The translations under genes were made by a program, and so were the position numbers. From NCBI RefSeq assembly GCF_964204645.1, contig NC_134026.1, positions 26,074,150 through 26,138,149 on the forward strand: a stretch of 64,000 bases of DNA, in the 5' to 3' direction. Origin of the DNA: Tubulanus polymorphus (lineage: Eukaryota; Animalia; Nemertea). This document shows, one piece after another, positions 53,001 to 64,000 of the stretch (the first letter of the stretch is position 1; each line of letters starts with the position of its first letter). Below the pieces are notes generated by a model. It saw only the letters and a list, made by a program, of their open reading frames with translations. It did no database searches and had not been told where the DNA came from.

Positions 53001-56000
53001 TGAGATGAGAATACATCATCCGATTGAATATCGACAAATGGATATAAATTGAAGATAGACAGAATGGGTAGCAGATCAAGCAGCCCAAGATTACTTGAGA
53101 TTCTCATACTAATATTGAGAATTAACTGGTTCATATTAAATACCTTTTTCTCTTGTGCTCTTAATTTATCCATCAATTCTTTCTTTTCTTTCTCAATCTG
53201 CTGAACCTGTTTGGCCACAATTTCGTCTGCATCTAACTCAGCAAGATGCTGAAAAGGACAATAAGATGAATACATCTCAATACTTTAACAAGTGTTTTGG
53301 CTTTAAGATATAATTTTCTTAACTACTAACCTCTTCATCAATGTCTGCGAATGCTTTAGCACCGATATCAGTTTTCTTCAGCTGATCGAGTCTTTCTCTA
53401 GCGACCTTTCTCTGAATCTCTTTCATCTCTTCATCGCGACGTTGCTGAGCTCTTTCTTCCATTTCACGCTGCAATCGACCTAACTCTGCTTCCTCCTTCT
53501 TACGACGCTCTTCTTCCATACGCATCATCTCCTCTTGTTCCTATGAAAAAATAAAATTCAACAATATCTAATCTTTTTTGTTCACTTCTGAATACTTACA
53601 ATCGCGTATAAAATAACAACTGCTCTTACCCGTTGTGTGCTTATAGTTTCCAATTCTTCTTTTCTTTCTTCAATAATGCGTTGACGTTTGAGAACATTCT
53701 CGTGATTACGTCTGGCTACTTGATGATAACTTTTCACCAAATGAGCTCGCAATTCATCCTGAACAGTCTAAAATACATAATGGTACATGGTTCTTGATGG
53801 ACGGCTGTAGAATCCAAACTTATAGATTCAATGATTCAGTTATCCTTTTGGTTAATTATTAAGTAGCAAAAACTCAAGCTTACCTTAACTGAACTTGGTT
53901 GAATAAGTTTAGCAGTCATTGATAATGCTTCAGCCATAAGAACCATCTGGTTACGAATATGTTCGCTCGGCATACTCTGAATATTGGGTCCTTCGGTGAC
54001 TTCTTCTTTCTGAGAGTTGACGCCGAGATCGCAACCGAATGTCAGACAACGAGTACGGTGATCAATTCGAACCTGGAAATAATGTCAATTGATAAAATTC
54101 TGACCTAGATCAAATACCAGACAGTGTGACAATGAATTGATAGCTTTACCTGTAAATCTAAGGTACGAGCAGATTCAACGACAATTCTCTCTAAACGGAA
54201 TTCTGATGCGAATGGGCACAACTTAACCAAACGACTGAATTGAATGCTTTGATAAACTTGAGACACCTGAAATGAAAAATAAAATGAGTGAAATATCAAT
54301 TCATCCCAAAATATGGTGAGTAAAACGACAAATGATCCACACTTTTACCTGCTTTAAGATCCTAATGATTGCAATGTCTTGTAAGCCAGTTACATAAGTC
54401 TGCAATTCTTCATTGTTACCGATGTATTCCAAACAAGGAACAATTTTCTGTGATAACTTCAACGGGTGGAAATCAACCTCCAGCCAACGATACAGATTTA
54501 GAAGTTCAACAGGAACATTCTGACATATGTTGTACCTCACCTAAAAGAAAGACCTGGTAATCAAATTATCTGCACATACCAGTACATGACAGATGTAAAT
54601 GCTCTATTCGCTATTGCTAAATGCTCTATTCTATGCCGTCATTTTGTACCAGATCTTTTATCAAGCCAGCTCTTGTAGGAGGGTTTGGCAACATCAACAA
54701 TGTTGCAAGACGTCGCTGTTTGTCTTGAGTGCTAATTTCTTGGTCGATCAAAGTATCCAACTTGTCACGTGTCGCTGGTATTGGCACTGACAGTGTAGCA
54801 CACAGTACACGCATTGAAATTCTACAAAATTTACAAATAAAAACCTATAAGATAACGATTTTTTGGATCACTTTGCATCAATGTGTCTAAACAAAAGTCA
54901 AAACAAAAATCTGATCAGCATAGAAAGTTTGATATCAAATCCTTTTCCAGGAATCATCAGTCTAACATGTGAAACATCACTTCAGATTCGTATAAGATTC
55001 TATATAAGAAAAGACATAGAAATATAAATAATTCTAACTATAAATCAGTTGCTTGTAAATAATCTGATCAGTGATAATGTGATTTCATATCTAACAATGA
55101 GAATCATAAGTCTAACATGTGAAACATCATTTCAGATTATTCCTGCCTAACGGTTCAGCAAATCTTCTCATACTGTATAGAGGACCATACCTTTGTAACT
55201 CCTCAGTAGACAAACTTTTCCTCTGTTCACGAAACAAGTGATACAGACGATGCCAGGCACTGGCATGGAACAATTGATTTCCTGCTTTTTGGAAAACAAG
55301 GCCGAGTTTTTCGTAATAGTTTGCCATCAAAGCCGGTTTTGGTGGTTTCTTCGATAAAGAGACCAATCCATGGACATCTTCAACGGCCTTAAAAGCTTCC
55401 TGCAAAATACGGACAGAATTCATCCAAAACATGCAGAATTCATCATTGGAATATATCATCAGACCTTATCTGAGGGGAACAGTGAAATTAACTAACTCAC
55501 CTGCCACAGCTCCATCTGGATAGCACTATCAAGCTGAACCAAACGTGTCTCGAGGTGCATAGCCTGACTCTCTGGATTATTCAGATTAATCGCAGTCTGT
55601 TGACTCTGGTGCTTGTGAATGTGGCCCAAATGGGTGCGCAACTAAAAAACAACACAAATATTATTTCTCAAAATGTCATAATTAAAGCTTTTTAAAGCCA
55701 AAAAGGAGACTGAATTTTTCTACTCACATTGTCGCACAGCTTCCTGAATTCAGTTTTGCGAGCATACTTCAAACAGAACTTGAATGCTGAAAAAATGTTC
55801 ATTATTAGACCATCAGGCTTCTAATTTCATAATCTAAGTAAAAAGGGAAAAACCTCAGCATCCACTATCGTGTGTTCATTAAATGCCATACCTTGTTGCG
55901 CGATATCTTGATAAAGTTTTTCAACTCGGTTGTTATTTCGCAACAGCTCCAAACATTGTCGATATGATTCCCAAAGAAATTTCACCCAAGGTGTCAAAAT

Positions 56001-56886
56001 AGCTCGATCAGTTCTGTCCTGGGTGTCTTCACCACTTACAGCACTCAACAGCAAGCTAAAAATGAAAAAACCTAGAGATTCAGTATTCTAAATAAAAACT
56101 AAACGAATCAGAAAATGTATGAAAGTTGTAATAACCTTTCCGGTGTTTGCAGAATATCCAAATCATCGATATCGATAACAGCTTGATGGGAAGTTTGCCT
56201 TGCTTCCTCAGTTCGTTCTTCGGCAAGTGACAAATATTTTTTGACGACATCTTCCAAAGATTTGATGTTTACCTATGAAAAATTATCAAATACTGATTAA
56301 CATATTTTCATCAGATTTTTAAGGGCGCATCTCTGGACGAATTCTCTACCTGCTGACAGATATTCTTGTATTGGTACAAGCCTTCTTTAGCGACATGACT
56401 TTTCTTCAAATCAACGCATAGCTCCAAATATTTATGCATAATCGGCTCATGAATTTTCTGCCATGTTCGGTGCTTTTTGCTTTTGATGACATCATACAAT
56501 GCATCAAGAGCTCTCTGCTTCTTGCCAACATCAATGAATTCTTGATAAAACATAAAATTTCTAATTAGTATTGTTAGATCTAACATTGAGTAACAATCCT
56601 GAATCCATGACCATATGGAAAGGATGGCTACACATTTCATTTAGAAATTATTATTAACGATATGGTGGATGGATAATACCTAAGTAAATTACCCAGTTTA
56701 AAAATCAAAAGCCAGGCGATACCCCCGCCACACCGGCCGGGCGAAGGCGGAACAAACCATATGCTAAAAATAATGTTTCCGAGTCAGTGTGTGGTGGGGG
56801 AAGGATGTTTCATCGTAATCAATCAAAATAAACGTACCATTCGCTCGTTTAAGAGCATTTTCTGGTCTCTGAAAGTAAGTGGGCAT
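50085..56886 (-). CDS. EIF3A: Eukaryotic translation initiation factor 3 subunit A
   Basis: [16 protein letters not shown]|[29 protein letters not shown]...[29 protein letters not shown]; PCI domain, coiled coil, RD-rich repeats; ends EGWTKVRR*. Confidence 0.97.
50945..51378 (-). repeat. Coding 27-bp minisatellite (RRGDDRDSF)n in EIF3A
   Basis: About 15-16 units with synonymous variation, seen directly in ORF 50838-51569. Confidence 0.95.
51710..51822 (-). ncRNA. Candidate intronic H/ACA snoRNA in EIF3A
   Basis: Minus strand: hairpin (tatg..cata), H box AGAACA, second hairpin (attcta..tccc/ggga..tagaat), then ACAttt. Confidence 0.35.
54908..54988 (-). ncRNA. C/D box snoRNA, SNORD104/snR58-like, copy 1
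   Basis: Terminal stem aatctga/tcagatt, C-like box GTGATGT, guide CACATGTTAGACT, D' ATGA, D box CTGA. Confidence 0.82.
55059..55140 (-). ncRNA. C/D box snoRNA, SNORD104/snR58-like, copy 2
   Basis: Stem ataatctga/tcagattat, ATGATGT, same guide, D' ATGA, D box CTGA. Confidence 0.82.
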
Positions 56887-57832
56887 GTTGATCTATAAAT
56901 ACGCCATACAAATATAGACAATAGGGGTCAGGAAACTTTTTTCAGAGCTTTTTAGCACAAATTTAGCCGCAATACGCGCACTGTAGACAGCGTAATGGCG
57001 ACAATACCGTAGTACCACGTGAGAATTAACATTAAATCGCGGCTGCTGGACTCTGCTAAATAAAGGATTCAATTCAATGCAGTCACTCGCCTCAAGGTCG
57101 TTGACTTATAACCCGAGCATTTTTAAAAGTAGTAGAATTTTGTGTGCAATGTGTGCATGATTAATGATTTTTATCCCTCAAAAGCTTCATAATCGGCGTA
57201 AATATCGTCATAGATAATGTCTCAGATACATAGGTAAAAGTCCATTGGCCCTATATTATTGCTACATACCACAGCCACACACAAGGCCTTGTGCCTGTGG
57301 ACTGCAAAAAATGTTAACCCCGGCCCATTGGCATTGGCTTTGCGTCTTTTCTGGCCCATTCGATTCTATTCTGTGGTTTTACTTTTTTTGGAAGACATTT
57401 GAACAGTCTTCTATTTTGAAGAAGACTTTCTTTCAGTCTTCTGTTGTGCGATATTGTCAGTTTGAGCACAGGCATTTGAATATGGGTTTCTATCTTGTTG
57501 TTAGTGCGAATGATGAAGTTTACCGTAATCAACGATGAAAAATCTGCCGGTTCGCCATTTTAATCATCCATGATGCATGTGTTTTACCTTTTGTAGTATA
57601 GGTAGAGGATGAGTGTGTTGCATCATGGGTAAATTCAGTATAAAATATTGCAGATGATCGAAATAGGAATTTACGTACCACTAGCAAATAATTAGATATT
57701 TCTCCATTATAAAAGCCTATGTTCAAGTGCCTGTGGTTTGAATTTATTTCACTAAATGGAAGATGTCTTAAGAGGCTCTAAAGGTAGAGGATTATAGCTT
57801 TGTGTTTTTAATGAGTGAATATTATTTTTAGG

Positions 57833-60762
57833 ATGTTGTCATTTTGTGTGGGGCGGAACCTGATTTGTCGAACCAGATTGTATCCATCAGTTAGCAAGTT
57901 TAATCATCAGGGGTTTTCCAACAGACGTAAAAGTAGGAAAAAAATCTCAATGAAACCAGAACGACAGGAAAGCTTACCAGTAATCGCTGAAATCCAGTTC
58001 AATCAGTATAAAGATTCTCAAAATCCACTACGTGATAAAGGTAAACCTCCTGATGATTTCTTTCCTCATTTTTTATCATCTATAAAAACATTATAAACCA
58101 GGTAATACTTCTTCAGATATGGATGATATAGAAGTTGATTTGAAAGCTATTGATAAGAAATTGGAAACTCTGAAACTACTTCATGAATCCCGTCAAAGAA
58201 ATGTTGCCAGAGAACTACAGGAGAAATTACCCCAAGTATTACAAAAAGTTAATGATGCAATGAAGAAATCAGAGGATGATATGCCTGTTATCACCAAAAC
58301 AATGACGCGTGAGGAGTCAGAAGATAGATATCTCGATAGATATGGTTCAGCTGATCCTAGTGTTCCATTCAGTAATATTCCTTGTTCAGGTTGTGGTGCG
58401 ATTCTTCATTGTCAGGACCCGCATTATCCAGGATATCTTGCCAGTGAGAAGTTCCTACCTATAGCTGATGATGAGAAGCTGCTTAAAAAACAAATTTGCC
58501 AAAGATGTTTTGCGTTAAATGAATACAACCTTGCCCTAAATGTAGCAGTTAAACCAAGAGCATATGTTGAGATAGTTCAACAAATCAAAAATCTAAAAAC
58601 ATTGATTTTATTCATAGTTGATATGACTGATCTGCCGAATAGCGTCATAAAAAATCTGACTGATATCATAGGAGAAAACCATACAGTTTTTGTTGTTGGA
58701 AACAAAGTTGATTTATTGCCAAATGATGGTAAGCATTTCTTCGAACGTTTAAAGGAGACACTGTGTCAAAGTTGTGCTGATGCTGGACTTAATCATGATA
58801 AAATTGAACATGTGGCTTTATTAAGTGCAAAAACCGGATATGGAGTTGAGGAATTGATCAACAAAATGATATCACTGTGGGAGAAGAAAGGTAATCAGCT
58901 AATTTGCTATGGCAAAATAAATTAAATGGCATGGTCTTCAACTATGCTTTATGTTATAGGAGATGTCTATGTGATTGGAAGTACAAATGTTGGTAAATCA
59001 ACGCTATTCAACTCTCTTCTTGGATCAGATTATTGTAGTTCATCAGCTAGAGATCTTCTACATCGTGCAACTACTTCTGTTTGGCCAGGTAAACCTACCA
59101 TCGAAAATAATAACCCCAGTCCAGTTTCATGAAGCCAATCATAATTACGTTTGATATTTAAAGTACATGTAATTGAATGAGAAAGTTATCCCTAACAATT
59201 TGTACTAATTTTTGATATATAAATTTTGATTCATTTATTGCATCATTGCATCTATTTCAGGAACCACTCTCAGTTTGCTTAAATTCCCAATTTTTTCATA
59301 TAATAAATTTGATCTCTACAAACGTGGAATGCGGTTGAAAAATCAACGTCAATCTGCTCATGCTGAAGCAAAAGAGCGCATGGAACATAAAATTCTGCCG
59401 CAGCAAAGACAGGGGCGCTTTGGTAGAATTCTCTCAGGTAATGGAAGTATTTTGCAGTATTTTCTGTTGTTTGCGATCGAGGCTTTTTATGGTATTGTTC
59501 ATTTCTGATTGTAGGAAAAGTAGAAACTACATACGATTCAAGGCGAAGAGTGAAGAAGGGCACTTTCGGTGATCACTTGACATCTTCAGATTTAATATCG
59601 TATAAAATGAACTCCGAATCTGAATTAGAAGAATCTATATATGATATCGATGATTTAAGGGATGATTCTTATTTATTGCCTTATGAATTTATGGAGGAAA
59701 GATATCCTTGGAGTAAATGGTGTTATGATACCCCAGGACTTGTTAATCATGAGCAGGTAAGTTAAATACAATGTAACAATATTTTGTTTTCATGTATACC
59801 ACCGATACATGAACATTATCGATATTCTTATCTATTTCAGGTAATAAACTATCTGACACCGGATGAACTGTCCCATTTAGTCACTGGCACAAATCTTCTC
59901 ACTCCAAAAACGTTCAGGTTAAAACCAAAGATGGTTCTTCTTGTAGGTGGTCTAGGTAGAATTGAATATCTAGATGTAAGTATACAGAACATATATTCTA
60001 ATCTGAATACCAGTACGCAAAACAGTACATGAAAATTTTGTTTTCAGGGTGAGAGCAATATCTACTTGACAGTATTTTCTCCACTTCCTACTAAGTGTGC
60101 ATATAATATGGTGCAAGCAGATGATATATACAGAAAAGCTTCCAGAAATGGTGACTTTAAAGTAAGTGATTACAGTATAAGCCGCTTAATTCAAATCATT
60201 TGGGACCAACAAAATTTATCCGGTTTATAGGAAATCTGGATAAAAGTAATTTTCAAAATAGACTGCAAATAACGTCTGGATTAGACCAAATCCGGATTAA
60301 GCCGATCTGGATTAAGCGGGCTTGACTGTATAGATAACCGTTACTGTCTGCAATCTATACTAGAAGAAGATAGAAAGTGAGTGATTGTTCAATTTTGTAG
60401 ATCCCTTGTGCAGACCCTGGTAGATTACTATGGTTGCCATCGTTGGTTGGGAAAGAATTTACGATTATTGGAAAACATTGGAAGGAAAGTGCAGCTGATA
60501 TTGTCCTTTCATCTGCAGGTGGGTTAAAACATTTACGATTTCGACTAGCACAAAATAGCATCTTGTTTATTATATGTATATTATACGATTTGTTGTAGGC
60601 TGGGTATCAGTGACTCCAGGACCATCACAGAGTATTAGGATTCGAGCATATACACCAGGAAGCTTAGGTCTATCAGTCAGAACGCCTTCTATGTTACCAT
60701 ATGCTGTTAATTTTCGTGGCAAACGAATTACTAAAACACCCGAGTTTGAAATAATAAAATGA
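57833..60762 (+). CDS. NOA1: Nitric oxide-associated protein 1 (mitochondrial cpGTPase)
   Basis: [20 protein letters not shown] zinc motif; [78 protein letters not shown]. Confidence 0.95.
60173..60328. mobile_element. Tc1/mariner-type MITE in NOA1 intron
   Basis: TA|cagtataagccgcttaat...catttgggaccaac...attaagcgggcttgactg|TA. Confidence 0.8.
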
Positions 60763-61407
60763 TGAGATATAAGTCAATTGATCATATTTTGTTTATTTAA
60801 TATATTATGGTGGTTATGACCACTTCGAAGCATCTTCATTATCCAGAACAGCAACAATCGGCTACATGGACTCAAAGAGGACATTACATAGGCTGTTCTA
60901 CACGAATTGTATTGTATTTCATGGACGCCTAGTTAATACGTCCATAGATGGTCACTTCTACGGACTCAAACTTTTTTTAAGTCCATGCTTCTACAAAGCT
61001 CAGCATATATCTTAAATATGTATCTATATAAAGATTTAAAATGACGATTTTCCATGAAGAAATGTTATAAATGATGCTTCTAGCATAGATATTACAATAT
61101 TACAACTCTTTTGTTGAAGCTGGTTTTAAATCTACCATACACATAAAATGATCGATGTATATTGTATTTTTTATCGAATGAATTATGCATTTTACATCGC
61201 GGTTTTGAATGTTTCAATTCGAATAAATCAAAAGCTTTTAATTGGCCTTTCAGTAGAATCAGGAAAGTAATAATATCCATTAGAAAATCAGAATTTTAAA
61301 GAGTTCTAAAAAATACATAAACCTTAGGTCAACACCGCATAACGCGTCTGTCGGCTAAACAAGAGGAGTACCCTTACGCCGGAAACATTACGTTCAACAT
61401 TGTAACA

Positions 61408-64000
61408 ATGAGGAAAAATGAAAAGACATTTAAGGAAGCGCTGTCTGACTTTACAAACGATACTGCTTTGCACGGAGTTAAATACATCCGACATTCCCCA
61501 AATATTACCTCGAGGTACGTAAGTATAAGAAAATATCAAATCGTTCTTCACAAGTCGTAAGATTTTATAAGTCAAATATTCGATATACAGTTGAACCTTG
61601 TCAATACGATTTTGTACGACAATTTAACTTTTGCCCACAAGATTCATATTGATGAGATGACTTGTATATATATATGTTTTTTCATCGCGCGTGTCACGAA
61701 TATCTCGTGATCGTTTGTAAATATATTGTCATGGTACTAAGAAATTAATTTTCTATGTGAAAAAAAATCGCACAGAAAAATGAATTTTATTTATTTTGTT
61801 TATCAGTTTTCTCGATTGTTGCCATTTTTCAGTCGTACAAAAAAAAAATTGTTATTTATGTTTATCAGCGCTAGCAAAAATTCACAAAAACTATGAAGTT
61901 TTGGTGCTAGTGACGTAGTGATGGATGTACTTAGTTGAGAAAATGATAACATCAATATGAATTATTTTTCTGTGTGATTTTGATTTTTTTTCATAGACAT
62001 TGCATTACCTTTGAAAATGTTTCTGTAAGCTACAAAATTATAGATATAACGAATAATTTTTCTGTGTGCTTTTTTTCAATCAGAAAATAATGTTTTTTGG
62101 AGCTACAAAAACGATTAATATACAATTGTCGACAGGATGCTGCCATAGCAGCAGATATGCATTTTTGTAGAAAAATCCGTTAGAAAACCAAAAACATGGA
62201 GCAAAAATTATTGTTCTTCGAGTTGAAAAGGTTTTTTTTAAATTTGACATACGTACGTATATATATATGGAAAATTAAATGAAGTTTGAAAATCTAGGTT
62301 AAAATGTTAAACGACGGGTATGTGATGGATATTTCATGTTTGTCATGTGATGTTTTTCAAAATAGTTTTTAGAGTAAATAATGAATGTGATAAAATACGA
62401 TAATAGTTTCAGGGGGCTTAATTAGCTGATTGAAACGTTCATTCGCGCATGAATATCAGTCAATTATTCATGATCACATTAAGATATTTTATTACAGATT
62501 TCAAAAAGTTTATCACCTATTCGTCGACTATTCTTTTCTCATGTGTTAAAACGAAAAAATCTAGATTCTATGATATTGGTTTCAGATGCGTGTGGTTGTT
62601 GTTGTTTTTGGGTATGACTGGATTATTTATTTACCAGATAGATGACCGTATCGAACACTATTTTTCACGTCCAGTAACCGTCGATATAACTGTCGATGAT
62701 AACCGTGGTCAGATTCCGTTTCCAGCGGTTACTATTTGCAACACCAATACTTACAGGTAACTCAGAAGATCATGCGTGGTCTGCATGGTTCACCCATTTC
62801 ACCCATCAAAACATATGGCAGATGCTTTGAATATAACAAATAAAGACAATATGAGTTTAAAGGGTAACCTTGAGTTCGTTTTGATCTAGTGGGTTTTTAT
62901 TACCAGGAGCTCATTTTATGGCACACCAGAACCCATAACCGGCAGACGTCCAGTGCTCGGTATAAGACGTCTTCTATCTTGGTATGAAACTTGGAACCAC
63001 TCCAGATAGGTTGACCTGGGCTCCAACTGAAGGGTGGATTATTAGGGGTGATCTCTGGTTTCGCACCTTTCCTTGCCTTCCCGGTGAGTTGCCCTCTCGT
63101 CAAGACAGAATAGTTAAAACACGCAAATTTGCTTTTAGGATGCGTATTTCGTCAATGATTTCTGAACACCGAGGGTGGGACCCCGCATGTGGCATTTTTA
63201 TTTGACTGGCTGCTTTATCCGAATTATCCTTTTCATTATTGTGTGGACCTCGCAATTTGCCTGGACCTGCTGCTGTGCAAGAACCATAAGTCAATGGACG
63301 TTACGATAATTCACTTAATTGGATACGTATAGAGATACAATTATGATATTTAAATTTCCAGACTGTCAGATACATATGCGGATGGTACATACGAAGCTAT
63401 TGTTGATTTCTACAATCAAAATGGTACTTGGGGATCTCAGAATAATGAGACATCTACTGCAGATCATGAGAAAACGCCAATCGATGATATTGATATGAGG
63501 ACTCTTATATTGAAATATGGTCATCGTTTGAACGAAACTGTTAAACTGTTAGTCATGCGAACAATTTTTCTGTGCACATCGCATACGTTTTTCATTTTTG
63601 TTGATACTGTTCATTATCATTTTTCAGGGCTAAATTTCAATCTGATTACATATCAACTGCTAACTTAACATCGGTGTTAACTGACTACGGCCAATGTTTG
63701 GGATTTAACCACGATGACAGGAATGTGATTTACAGTCAGGGGACAGGTATATGATCAGGCAAGATAGGGTTTTTACTTGTTTTCAATTAATGTTTGATTG
63801 CATAACCTTATAACTACAGGAGCGGCATTTGGTTTAAAGTTATTGATAAACTTAGAAAATTACCAGAAGATGGAAGGTGAACACGATTCGGCTGGACTTG
63901 AGATACTTGTTCATAATAAGCGACAGGCAATACGTGTGGCAGATTTAGCCCTATCTGTTCCACCGTCCATGACCGCTATAATCGATATTAGAGCAAAACA
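61408..64000 (+). CDS. DEG/ENaC/ASIC-family ion channel, 5' part (runs off window)
   Basis: Exon 1 FTNDTALHGVKYI (HG motif); exon 2 TM1 plus FPAVTICNTN; later TDYGQCLGFN, GAAFGLKLLINLE, AGLEILVH. Confidence 0.88.

Noticed and set aside
57314-57532. Basic 72-aa ORF between EIF3A and NOA1
   Set aside because: No recognisable homology; likely lies in a NOA1 5'UTR intron.

Overview
Eukaryotic (metazoan, AT-rich, gene-dense, short GT-AG introns; probably a bilaterian invertebrate such as a lophotrochozoan - inference only) genomic DNA. Spliced genes in order: TM9SF4(+), SNRPD3(+), MED10(+), GNL2(-), three tandem CREC/calumenin-reticulocalbin paralogs(-), TSEN15(+), C8orf76 homolog(+), TRAPPC12(-), EIPR1(+), intronless SLC46/PCFT-like MFS transporter(-), EIF3A(-; hosts two SNORD104-like C/D snoRNAs), NOA1(+), and a partial DEG/ENaC/ASIC channel(+). 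Many TIR elements, MITEs and minisatellites are present. The top finding is an apparent bicistronic TSEN15-C8orf76 unit: removing a 90-nt intron creates the TSEN15 stop codon at the exon junction, overlapping the C8orf76 start (T|GATG). Also notable: a 4.8-kb element with a 9-bp TSD sits in the GNL2 promoter and carries a spliced IS630/Tc1-type transposase relic; a 2-kb TIR element ends 12 bp before the MED10 ATG; and a hairpin with ~250-bp arms lies just downstream of one CREC gene. Exon boundaries were read by eye and may be off by a few bases.
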